DNA of 27,471 nucleotides from an uncultured Gammaproteobacteria bacterium. Lineage in GTDB: Bacteria; Patescibacteriota; Patescibacteriia; SBBC01. This document shows positions 1 through 8,687 of this stretch, in pieces; the stretch's first letter is position 1; every line of letters starts with the position of its first letter. The notes below the pieces were generated by a model. The model saw nothing but the letters and a program-made list of their open reading frames with translations. It made no database searches and had not been told where the DNA came from. The stretch covers positions 1 through 27,471 of the forward strand of contig CAYGGS010000001.1 of NCBI GenBank assembly GCA_964349545.1. The letters are read 5' to 3'. The position numbers and the translations under genes are program-made.

Positions 1-18
1 CGAGCCAACCGATACATT

Positions 19-783
19 ATGTACATCATCACGCGCCTCATACCTGCGTTCCTCGGGTGTGCGATTGCCGCAGGGATCGAGTATGCGATCCATGTCCCGA
101 AGCGTTTCATCGACCTGATGAGCCTCGTGCTCGTGGTCGTCTTGGTTGCTTCCATATACCTGTTGCGAAAAACCCAGCCGGTAGAGCGGCTCACCCTTCT
201 GGCGCCACCGACCATATTCTATCTCGGCGCTTCATTCGCGCTTTTCTTTTTGACGCCGTGGTGGTTGCAACACGTGGTGGCCGTGTTCGTAGCATTGAGC
301 ACCTGGGCGTACTTCGAAGAGGTGTATCGCTACGTGTACGAGCCTGAGATCTACCATCAGCATGCCATCGAACGGCTGTCGTCGTTCCTCGCTATAACGG
401 CGATGGCGTTCAACATGATCGGGTTGTTCGCCCTGAGGATCTTTTTCGACGTACGTTTGATCTATCTGTTGCCGCTCTCGCTCGTCATCGCGATATTCGT
501 AAGCACCTCGGTGCTCGCGGTGCAATCGCTGTCCCGAAGCTCGCTGTGGTCATCGGTCGCGGTGTTCGCCCTGCTCATCATGGAGATGACGTGGGCGGTG
601 CACTTCCTGCCGACGAACTACCTCGTCGACAGCCTCATCGTGACCATTCCGTTCTATATCGTGCTGAACTTGGTGCGCCATGAGTTGAACGGGACCCTGA
701 ATTCCACATTGATACGCCGTTTCACCATGAGCGGCATCATAGCGCTCTCGCTCGTCCTTATTACCGCACAATGGGTCATATGA
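19..783 (+). CDS. Hypothetical multi-pass membrane protein (about 7-8 hydrophobic segments)
   Basis: 254-aa ORF of alternating hydrophobic stretches; stop overlaps the next ATG (ATGA 780-783). The frame is open back to base 1, so the true start could lie upstream of the window. No family recognised. Confidence 0.7.
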   Translation: MYIITRLIPAFLGCAIAAGIEYAIHVPKRFIDLMSLVLVVVLVASIYLLRKTQPVERLTLLAPPTIFYLGASFALFFLTPWWLQHVVAVFVALSTWAYFEEVYRYVYEPEIYHQHAIERLSSFLAITAMAFNMIGLFALRIFFDVRLIYLLPLSLVIAIFVSTSVLAVQSLSRSSLWSSVAVFALLIMEMTWAVHFLPTNYLVDSLIVTIPFYIVLNLVRHELNGTLNSTLIRRFTMSGIIALSLVLITAQWVI

Positions 784-2006
784 AATCACGCGAAGTCCCC
801 ACCTCACCGAAGCATCGTCCCCATACCGAGGAGATCGATGCGTTGTACAAGATGGAACCCACCATAACGAAACCGGGTAGACCGGGCGGAGCGTTCATAT
901 TCGGCATGGTAGCCCTTTCGATGCTCGTTACGCTCGCAGTCGTAATAGGCCTCCGTTTCGCCGCGGACCGGTACCCGACGGTTCCGTTGTTTAAGTATTT
1001 CCGTGCATCGACGTCGACGACGGAACGGGTCATTGTACCGCAACCGTCGATCGCTCAGGACGACGTACTCAGCGAAACGATCGCCAGGGTTGCTCCGAGC
1101 CTCGGCGCCGTGGTCACCAGTGAGCATTCGGTCGTCCGCAAGGTCGATGACGTCATAGGCAACGCCGTCGTTATCTCGAACGATGGCTCAGCGATCACCA
1201 TGACGGGAACATCGACGCTCGGTGCGACATCGATGGTGCGTTTTTCGAACGGCGTCGAACAGCTGCTCCGTGGTCCTCAGGTCGATCCTGCGACCGGAGC
1301 GGTGTTCATCGATCTGAACGTTTCGACGACTCCGGTCGCGTTCGCAGACAGCGATCGGACGGCGATCGGTGACCGCATCATGGTGCTTCGCTACCATGCG
1401 TACGCAGGAAACGTCGAATACGTACCCACCGCCGTCATGGGTCTGCAAGAGCGTATCTCGGTACCGGCGGGCAACGATTCGTTGGTTGAATCATCCGAGA
1501 CGCTCAACCGTCAGATACGCCTTACCGATCAACTCGATCCCTCATGGACAGGCGCAGGTGCGTACGATATGAAAGGTCGTCTTGTCGGCATTATTAGCGG
1601 AACTGCCGCGACCGAGGGTACCTACCTCATCCCGATCAATTCATTGAAACGTCTCATAACGAAGTACGTCGCGGGTGAGCCGGTGCAGCGGGCCACCCTT
1701 GGCGTCAGCTACGTCGACCTTTCGTACAACTCGACCATTGATCCCTACCCGTCGAAGGGCGCATACCTGTTCTCCATTGATAAAAAAACGCCAGCGATCT
1801 CTCCGAAGTCCCCCGCGAGTGCTGCTGGTTTGCAGCCGAACGACGTCATTACCACGGTCGATACGGCCCCCTTGAACGAGTTACGCTCGTTATCCGATGC
1901 TATCGCATCATACGCCCCGAACTCAAAGGTCGAACTTACGGTCATACGGAATACCAAGGAGATCAAGGTGACGGTTACGCTCGGAACCCATCCAGCGAAG
2001 AACTGA
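780..2006 (+). CDS. Membrane-anchored HtrA/DegP-like protein (trypsin-like fold plus PDZ), catalytic triad apparently absent
   Basis: N-terminal TM (AFIFGMVALSMLVTLAVVIGL); trypsin-like segments GNAVVISNDG, FADSD, GRLVGI, YLIPIN; PDZ motifs RATLGV and SPASAAGLQPNDVI. Start moved to ATG 780 for the ATGA overlap. Confidence 0.85.
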   Translation: MKSREVPTSPKHRPHTEEIDALYKMEPTITKPGRPGGAFIFGMVALSMLVTLAVVIGLRFAADRYPTVPLFKYFRASTSTTERVIVPQPSIAQDDVLSETIARVAPSLGAVVTSEHSVVRKVDDVIGNAVVISNDGSAITMTGTSTLGATSMVRFSNGVEQLLRGPQVDPATGAVFIDLNVSTTPVAFADSDRTAIGDRIMVLRYHAYAGNVEYVPTAVMGLQERISVPAGNDSLVESSETLNRQIRLTDQLDPSWTGAGAYDMKGRLVGIISGTAATEGTYLIPINSLKRLITKYVAGEPVQRATLGVSYVDLSYNSTIDPYPSKGAYLFSIDKKTPAISPKSPASAAGLQPNDVITTVDTAPLNELRSLSDAIASYAPNSKVELTVIRNTKEIKVTVTLGTHPAKN

Positions 2007-2007
2007 C

Positions 2008-4767
2008 ATGCACAGGCATCCCGTCACCATTGCTGTCATGGCCATGGCGATGATGACAACCGTCTTCACTGCCCATGCCTCGACGGACGCCCGACCATCA
2101 TCGGAGCAGCTGATGACGTTTCGCGCAACGAAGCGGTTCGCGCCCGACATCAAGGTGCCGAAAGGCGCCTTCGTCGTGTCTCGCACGATCGTTGATGGAT
2201 ATCGAACGACGGTGCTCAAGATCGACGCTGGGAATATCGCGTCGCTGAAGAAGCTTTCACAAAAAGGATCCTACGCGGTAACGGTTCAACCAAACTATCC
2301 GTATCGCGCCTTTTTTACCCCGAACGACCCCTCCTACCCGTTACAATGGCACCTTTCAAAGTCGAGCGTCCCTCGAGCGTGGGATTTCGACATGACAGCT
2401 CCCATGTACGGTGGAGATCCATCTGTCATCGTCGCAGTGCTCGATACCGGCGTCTCATATGAGGACTACCTGACGTTTAAAAAAGCCCCAGATTTCGCGA
2501 GTACAAATTTCATTGCCGGTTATGATTTCGTGAACAGCGACGACCACCCGAACGACGACAACGGGCATGGGACGCATATCACCATGACGATCGCGCAAAG
2601 TGCCAACAATTCGATCTCTGGGGCAGGTATTGCGCACAATGTCACGATCATGCCGATCAAGGTGCTTGATGCAGCGGGCAACGGATCCACGGCGACCATT
2701 GCGGCCGGTATCGATTACGCACGGGTCCATGGCGCAAAGATCATCAACCTAAGCCTTGGCGGAACGGAGAACGACGTCGTGCTTCGTTCGGCCGTGCAAA
2801 ACGCGGTGGCTTCGGGCATCACCGTCGTTGCTGCGACCGGAAACGACGGCGTCGGGACCATCTACTATCCGGCGCAGTACGAAGAGGTCATCGCGGTCGG
2901 TGCGGTACGGTATGACGAGACCCGTGCGCACTACTCGAACTATGGTGCCGGGATCGATCTGGTGGCTTCGGGCGGCGACCTCGACGTCGACCAGAACGAT
3001 GACGGACAACCGGATGGCATACTGCAGCAGACCTGTACGACAAGCGCATGCGATTCCTTCGATGATCTTTACTATGAGGGTACATCGCAGGCCGCACCCC
3101 AGGTCAGCGCGACGGTGGCGTTACTGCTTTCCGCGGGCATCGACGTGTCACGTATCCCTTCGATACTCCAAAGTTCCGCACGCGATCTCGGAGGGACCGG
3201 ATATGATACGACCTTCGGGTGGGGCTTGCTCGACGTCGGTCAGGCATTGACCATTGGCGTGAACGATATCATCGCCCCGAGCGGTACCATCGTTATCGGT
3301 GACGGGAGACCTTACGTCCGTACGAAGGAAGTGGCGGTCGCGATCTCCGCGTCCGACGTCGGATCCTCGGTGGCGGATATGTCCTTCTCGAACAACGGGA
3401 GCTCGTTTTCACCGTGGGAGCCGTATGCGACGGCAAAGACCTGGGACATGACCGAAGGGTACGGGGCGTCGACCTCGGACGGCTCGAAGACCATCTACGC
3501 ACGGTTCCGTGATGCAGCAGGGAACGTATCAACGGCGGCAGCTGCAGCGGTGGTGCTTGATAGGGTCAAGCCAGCCACGCCTTCTTTTAACGCACACGCG
3601 CAGCCTCCTTCTGAGGCGGTGACCATCTCGTCCGGCGCACCGACGTCGCTCAAATCACCGATGGTCGAGTGGGAATCCTCGGATGCGCTCAGCGGCATGG
3701 CGGGATACCGAACGGAGTACACAAAAAACCCAAGGACAGATTTTGACGGTGGCGCAACTGATGTCGCCCGCTCGTATCTGATGCCGACCTTTACCGTTCC
3801 GACCACCGCCTATATGCGCGTCGTGGCAGTCGATAACGCAGGGAATCAATCGGCGTCCGCTTCGTTCGCCTATGTCTATCGTCCATCGAAGGTCGTACTT
3901 GGCGTTTCCTCGTCGACCGGCAGTACGGTCGTCCTTGCCGATACGTCGGGTTCGGTGAGCTCGCGGTATGCGCCCTATGGGAAATGGTATACATACGGCA
4001 TCAACGTCGCTTCGGTGGTCGCTGAAACGGAACGTCCGGAGACCATCGTCGTTGCACCGCTTCGCGGGCAAACGAAGGTCAAGGTCCTCAATTCACGCGG
4101 TGCCGTCGTGACCCAGTTTTCCCCCTACGGATCGGCAGCGACCGGAGGCATCGATGTTGCGGTCGGTGAACGTGACGAGGACGGAAGGTCGACCATCATC
4201 GTGACGCCGGTCAAGGGCCGTCTGCCGCTTCGTCTGTTTTCGATCGACGGCACAAAGCTTGATGAATGGTACCCGTACGGAAAGGCCTTTTCGAAAGGAT
4301 TTTCCGCACGCTTGCTCCGGACAAAAGATGGAACATCGATCGTGACGGTACCGCGCACCGGTAGCACGTTGATACGCCTGTTCTCCGTTCAAGGTCGACT
4401 TAAAAGTCAATGGTACGGTTTTTCGAAACAGGCATCGTTCGGTCTGAACATCGCGACCGGTGATGTCAACGCCGACGGCAACGATGAGATAGCCGTCGCT
4501 CCGATCGAGGGTGCCCCTCAAGTGAAGGTCTATGCGGTCAACAAGAAGCTGCTGGGCCAGTTTTTCGCCTTCTCAAAGACCTCTCGTACAGGAGTCGTCC
4601 TTGCAATGGCCGATCTGAATGGACAGGGCCGAGAGGCGATCTTTGTCGCCCCGGCGCGCGGTACGGCCCGTTTGAAATGCGTCGATGTCAAGGGCAGGTC
4701 GATGAAGAAATGCAAGGTGCCATCTTCGCTGCCGTCCGGCGATATATCGATTTCTGAGATCAGATGA
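2008..4767 (+). CDS. Secreted S8 subtilisin-like serine protease with Ig/FN3-like domains and C-terminal FG-GAP/VCBS-like repeats
   Basis: Signal-peptide-like N-terminus ending AHA; triad motifs VAVLDTG (Asp 2443), NGHGTH (His 2566), GTSQAAP (Ser 3085); Ig-like modules ending RDAAGNVS and VDNAGNQS; repeat-rich C-terminus. Confidence 0.92.
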   Translation: MHRHPVTIAVMAMAMMTTVFTAHASTDARPSSEQLMTFRATKRFAPDIKVPKGAFVVSRTIVDGYRTTVLKIDAGNIASLKKLSQKGSYAVTVQPNYPYRAFFTPNDPSYPLQWHLSKSSVPRAWDFDMTAPMYGGDPSVIVAVLDTGVSYEDYLTFKKAPDFASTNFIAGYDFVNSDDHPNDDNGHGTHITMTIAQSANNSISGAGIAHNVTIMPIKVLDAAGNGSTATIAAGIDYARVHGAKIINLSLGGTENDVVLRSAVQNAVASGITVVAATGNDGVGTIYYPAQYEEVIAVGAVRYDETRAHYSNYGAGIDLVASGGDLDVDQNDDGQPDGILQQTCTTSACDSFDDLYYEGTSQAAPQVSATVALLLSAGIDVSRIPSILQSSARDLGGTGYDTTFGWGLLDVGQALTIGVNDIIAPSGTIVIGDGRPYVRTKEVAVAISASDVGSSVADMSFSNNGSSFSPWEPYATAKTWDMTEGYGASTSDGSKTIYARFRDAAGNVSTAAAAAVVLDRVKPATPSFNAHAQPPSEAVTISSGAPTSLKSPMVEWESSDALSGMAGYRTEYTKNPRTDFDGGATDVARSYLMPTFTVPTTAYMRVVAVDNAGNQSASASFAYVYRPSKVVLGVSSSTGSTVVLADTSGSVSSRYAPYGKWYTYGINVASVVAETERPETIVVAPLRGQTKVKVLNSRGAVVTQFSPYGSAATGGIDVAVGERDEDGRSTIIVTPVKGRLPLRLFSIDGTKLDEWYPYGKAFSKGFSARLLRTKDGTSIVTVPRTGSTLIRLFSVQGRLKSQWYGFSKQASFGLNIATGDVNADGNDEIAVAPIEGAPQVKVYAVNKKLLGQFFAFSKTSRTGVVLAMADLNGQGREAIFVAPARGTARLKCVDVKGRSMKKCKVPSSLPSGDISISEIR
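3958..4665 (+). repeat. Five ~50-aa protein-level repeats (FG-GAP/VCBS-like beta-propeller blades) in the S8 protein
   Basis: RYAPYG (3964), QFSPYG (4114), EWYPYG (4264), QWYGFS (4408), QFFAFS (4558), spaced 50/50/48/50 codons; units include GIDVAVGE, IATGDVNADGNDEIAVAP, LAMADLNGQGREAIFVAP. Confidence 0.75.
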
Positions 4768-5207
4768 GTGAGCTCATCAGGGGACTCATCGTCACGTTCC
4801 GGAACCCCCGTGCCGGTTTCCAGCTTACGGTGGTAAGGCAATTCGTCAAATTCTGCATGGTCGGCGTAATCAACACGGTGGTGAGTTTCTCCGTGTATAC
4901 GGTCTTGACACGCTATGCGTCACTTGACCCGCTTGTTGCGAACGGGATAGCCTTCGTCATCGCGGTAACAACAAGCTTTACGTTCAATAAACAGTGGACG
5001 TTCAATGATAGAGGGGCGGTTCGGTTGACACAGTACTATCGATTCTTCAGCATCAGCGTGGTAGGACTGTTGCTGTCGGAGAGCATTATGTTCATCCTGC
5101 ACAAGCTGTTCCTCGTACATGACATGGTGGCGTTCGCTAGCGCCGTCGTGGTCGTCATGTTCTGGAATTTTAGCGCGAACAGGGCATGGACGTTCGGCAA
5201 GCGGTGA
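4764..5207 (+). CDS. GtrA-family membrane protein (putative lipid-linked sugar flippase)
   Basis: 147 aa; QFVKFCMVGVINT, FTFNKQWTF and WNFSANRAWTF motifs; four hydrophobic helices. Confidence 0.9.
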   Translation: MSELIRGLIVTFRNPRAGFQLTVVRQFVKFCMVGVINTVVSFSVYTVLTRYASLDPLVANGIAFVIAVTTSFTFNKQWTFNDRGAVRLTQYYRFFSISVVGLLLSESIMFILHKLFLVHDMVAFASAVVVVMFWNFSANRAWTFGKR

Positions 5208-5208
5208 G

Positions 5209-5237
5209 TTGCGGTATCATCGCGATTCTCGTATACT
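5209..5237 (+). promoter_or_regulatory. Sigma70-type promoter, probably giving a leaderless transcript
   Basis: TTGCGG (5209-5214), 17-nt spacer, TATACT (5232-5237); the ATG at 5244 follows 6 nt later. Confidence 0.7.
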
Positions 5238-5243
5238 ATTTCC

Positions 5244-6008
5244 ATGTCTGATATGAGACGAGGATCGCGGGCAACAGCGGCGACCGGCATCTCGATCGTT
5301 ATACCGGCACACAACGAGGCCTTACGGATCGCACCGACCCTGCACGGATATTCGCGGTATTTCAGGGACCGTATCGAGCTGATCGTAGTTCCCAACGGTT
5401 GTACCGATGCCACGTTCGACGTGGTCTCGTCGCTCGACAAGAAGCTTGCATCGCCGATGAAGATCCTTAATTTTCCGGCGGCCATCGGGAAAGGCGGCGC
5501 CATCATTGAGGGTTTCAGGAAGGCCGTGCGGCCGCTCATCGGTTTTATCGATGCGGACGGAGCAACGACGCCGCAAGAATTTGATCGACTGTGTGCGTTC
5601 CTTGGTGAGAACGACATGATATTCGGTTCGCGGTGGATATCGGGCGCAACGGTGTACAATAGGACCTCGTTCCTGAGAAGGCTTGCGAGTAAGTCGTTCG
5701 TCACCATCGTAAAAACCATGTTCGGCCTGCCGTATCATGATACGCAGTGCGGCGTGAAGGTACTAACGCGAGATGCGTTGCACAGGATACTTCCGTATCT
5801 TTCCACCACCGATTCGGCGTTCGATGTCGAGCTGCTCCTCCTCGCACGTCAAAAAGGTCTCATCGTCCGCGAGGAACCGACGGTATGGACGGACAACGAC
5901 AGCTCGGTGTACTCGACAAGTCCGATGAAGTTCTATCGCACCAGCCTCTCAATGTTTCGATCGCTCCTCCGCTTGCGAGCACGATCATATCCTAAGAATC
6001 CCCTATGA
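5244..6008 (+). CDS. GT2 polyprenyl-phosphate glycosyltransferase (DPG/DPM synthase, ALG5/AglJ-like)
   Basis: IVIPAHNE, GKGGA, DADG (DxD), DTQCGVK and FDVELL motifs typical of dolichyl/undecaprenyl-phosphate sugar synthases. Confidence 0.85.
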   Translation: MSDMRRGSRATAATGISIVIPAHNEALRIAPTLHGYSRYFRDRIELIVVPNGCTDATFDVVSSLDKKLASPMKILNFPAAIGKGGAIIEGFRKAVRPLIGFIDADGATTPQEFDRLCAFLGENDMIFGSRWISGATVYNRTSFLRRLASKSFVTIVKTMFGLPYHDTQCGVKVLTRDALHRILPYLSTTDSAFDVELLLLARQKGLIVREEPTVWTDNDSSVYSTSPMKFYRTSLSMFRSLLRLRARSYPKNPL

Positions 6009-7027
6009 AAAATAAACCGATATTCGACCGGAAGAACATCCTCGTGACCGGCGGAGCCGGGTTCATCGGTTCGCATGTATGCGATGAGCTCATCAAGCAT
6101 CATAAGGTCATCTGCATCGATAACTTCATCACCGGGTCCGAGGAGAACATCAACCATCTGTTGAAGCACCCTGATTTCGAGTTCATACGGCATGACATGT
6201 CGGAATTTCTCGACCTTGAGGCGCTACCGGAATTGAAGCCGTTCAAGGTGGCGTTCCAAGGCATACAGGAGGTCTATAACCTCGCTTGTCCGACATCGCC
6301 GAAGGACTACAATGCCGCTCCGGTCGAAACGCTCTTCGCGAACAGCTTCGGTACCAGGTACGCGCTCGACATTGCGGTAAAGTACGGGGCGAAGTTCCTG
6401 CATACATCGACATCTGCGATCTACGGTGAACCGCTCGAGGCGACGCCCTTCCCTGAGAACTACTGGGGTTTCGTCGATCCTGTCGGTCCAAGGTCAGCCT
6501 ACAACGAAGGGAAGCGTTTCGCTGAAAGCCTCGTTACGCACTATCGAACGAAACATCGTATCGACGCGAAGATCATCCGGATGTTCAATACATACGGTCC
6601 GCGCATGCGCCTTACCGACGGCCGCATGATCCCCGATTTCATAAAGAACGCGTTGTCGAACCAGCCGCTGGCGATCTACGGGACGACTGAGGATCGGAGT
6701 ACCTATTGCTACGTCACCGACATGATTGAAGGGATGCTTCGGATGATGAACTCGAACGAAACCGGTCCGATGAACCTCGGCAACCCCGAAACCCATAAGC
6801 TCAGTGAGGTCGCTGAGCATATCATAAAACTCACCGATTCACGGTCGACCATCAGCCATAAGCCGCATCTGCCGTACACCGCAAAACAAGGCGTACCGAA
6901 CATCCGATTGGCCAGGGAAAAACTCGGGTGGTTTCCGGTGGTGCCGCTCGAGGACGGTCTGCAAAAGACCGTCGAGTACATGCGTGGTTCCGGGGCGCTT
7001 ACGCTCGATTCATTCACAATAAGCTAA
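6005..7027 (+). CDS. UDP-glucuronate decarboxylase (UXS)-like extended SDR
   Basis: TGGAGFIGSH, YNLACPTSP, YNEGKR (YxxxK), RMFNTYGPRM, DGRMIPDFI, GPMNLGNP; active-site TSTSAIYG is non-canonical. Confidence 0.8.
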   Translation: MKNKPIFDRKNILVTGGAGFIGSHVCDELIKHHKVICIDNFITGSEENINHLLKHPDFEFIRHDMSEFLDLEALPELKPFKVAFQGIQEVYNLACPTSPKDYNAAPVETLFANSFGTRYALDIAVKYGAKFLHTSTSAIYGEPLEATPFPENYWGFVDPVGPRSAYNEGKRFAESLVTHYRTKHRIDAKIIRMFNTYGPRMRLTDGRMIPDFIKNALSNQPLAIYGTTEDRSTYCYVTDMIEGMLRMMNSNETGPMNLGNPETHKLSEVAEHIIKLTDSRSTISHKPHLPYTAKQGVPNIRLAREKLGWFPVVPLEDGLQKTVEYMRGSGALTLDSFTIS

Positions 7028-7047
7028 TTAACCCATAAACGAATAGT

Positions 7048-8235
7048 ATGAAGAAATCGGTACAAAGGAACAAGGTCGTCATCACGTCCGAATCGGTCAC
7101 CGAAGGGCATCCCGACAAGGTTTGCGATCAGATATCGGACGCCATCCTCGATGCCGTGCTCAGGAAGGATCCCGCAGGAAGGGTCGCCGTCGAGACGCTC
7201 GTAGCCACAGGGCTCGTGGTCATCGCAGGCCAGGTGACGACGAAGACCTACGTCGACATCCCGAAGATAGCGCGTGCGACGATACGTCGCATCGGCTATG
7301 CGAACCACGATTACGGTTTCCACTGGGAAGATTGCGGCATACTCGTATCCATAGACGAACAGAGCCCGGACATCGCGCAGGGAGTGAACGCCGACAAGAC
7401 GCACCAGCTTGGTGCGGGCGACCAAGGGCTCATGTTCGGGTACGCGACGAACGAAACACGCGAGTTGATGCCGCTCCCGATCGTGTTAAGCCATCGGCTC
7501 GCCAAGATGCTGGCGCACGTCCGCAAGGACGGCACGCTCCCATACCTCAGACCCGACGGAAAGACCGAGGTGGCGATCGAATACGTCCGAGGAAAGCCAA
7601 AACGTCTTACGACCGTGGTCATTGCGGCGCAGCACGATGACGACGTGCCTGAAGCGCGGCTTGCCCGGGACATCATGCGGTACGTCATTCGACCGACCTG
7701 TGGCCGATGGCTCACCCCTTCGACGAAGTTCTACATCAACGCGACCGGGAAGTTCGTGAAGGGCGGCCCACCGGCAGATACCGGCGTGACGGGACGCAAG
7801 ATCATCGTTGATACGTACGGTGGCTTCAGCAGGCATGGCGGGGGATGCTTCTCCGGAAAGGACCCTACCAAGGTCGATCGATCGGCCTCGTATGCCGCCC
7901 GGTACGTCGCTAAGAACATCGTCGCTGCGAAGTTGGCCGATCGATGCGAGGTCCAGATCGCGTACGTGATCGGCGTAGCCGAGCCCATCAGCATCATGGT
8001 CGAGACGTTCGGTACCAGCGTGTACTCCCCAGAGCAGCTCGAGTCGATCGTGCGGAAGAACTTCGACCTGCGACCGTCAGCGATCATCGATGACCTGAAA
8101 CTACGACGCCCCATCTATGAACAGACCGCTGCGTACGGCCACTTCGGCAGGTCGGGAAACGCGTTCACATGGGAAAGAACCGACAAGGTCAAAGCACTAC
8201 AGCGCTCCGTTAAGCATCTTCGGGGGCGTCCATGA
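7048..8235 (+). CDS. metK: S-adenosylmethionine synthetase
   Basis: [46 protein letters not shown] signatures. Confidence 0.98.
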   Translation: MKKSVQRNKVVITSESVTEGHPDKVCDQISDAILDAVLRKDPAGRVAVETLVATGLVVIAGQVTTKTYVDIPKIARATIRRIGYANHDYGFHWEDCGILVSIDEQSPDIAQGVNADKTHQLGAGDQGLMFGYATNETRELMPLPIVLSHRLAKMLAHVRKDGTLPYLRPDGKTEVAIEYVRGKPKRLTTVVIAAQHDDDVPEARLARDIMRYVIRPTCGRWLTPSTKFYINATGKFVKGGPPADTGVTGRKIIVDTYGGFSRHGGGCFSGKDPTKVDRSASYAARYVAKNIVAAKLADRCEVQIAYVIGVAEPISIMVETFGTSVYSPEQLESIVRKNFDLRPSAIIDDLKLRRPIYEQTAAYGHFGRSGNAFTWERTDKVKALQRSVKHLRGRP

Positions 8236-8687
8236 TCGACGGCGTCGTCATAAAGGACCTCGTCACGCATCATGACGATCGCGGTAATTTCCGCGAGATA
8301 CTCCGTGATGATGACGAGCTTATGTCATCGTTCGGTCAGGCATCGATCACGACGACCTATCCCGGCGTCGTCAAGGCCTTCCACTGGCATGCGAAGCAGG
8401 ACGACCTTTGGTACGTGGTCTCGGGTATGGCGCAGGTCGTTCTGTACGATCGACGGGACGGATCACCGACGAAAGGGATGACCGACGTCATCTACGCCGG
8501 AGATGAGAACCAGGTGCTGATCAAGATCCCCGTCGGCGTGCTCCACGGCTATCGCGTGCTCGGTCCGCACCCGGTAAAGCTCGTGTATTTCACCACCCGA
8601 TCCTACGTCGCGAAGGACCCTGATGAGTTCCGCGTACCGCACGATGACCCGGAGATCCATTTCGATTGGATGACACGAAATCGATGA
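8232..8687 (+). CDS. rmlC: dTDP-4-dehydrorhamnose 3,5-epimerase (short SpsL-like form)
   Basis: [27 protein letters not shown] cupin motifs; 151 aa; ATGA-coupled on both sides. Confidence 0.88.
   Translation: MIDGVVIKDLVTHHDDRGNFREILRDDDELMSSFGQASITTTYPGVVKAFHWHAKQDDLWYVVSGMAQVVLYDRRDGSPTKGMTDVIYAGDENQVLIKIPVGVLHGYRVLGPHPVKLVYFTTRSYVAKDPDEFRVPHDDPEIHFDWMTRNR

Noticed and set aside
5036-5719. 227-aa minus-strand ORF across GtrA/GT2
   Set aside because: Overlaps two well-supported genes and their promoter; no motif support.
4764-7027. Arn (L-Ara4N lipid A modification) operon or prophage gtr serotype-conversion cassette
   Set aside because: No ArnB, ArnD or formyltransferase domain, no lipid A genes, and no integrase, att site or phage genes nearby.
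7028-7047. Possible SAM or SAH riboswitch upstream of metK or ahcY
   Set aside because: Intergenic gaps are only 20 nt and 10 nt, with no room or conserved aptamer motifs visible.
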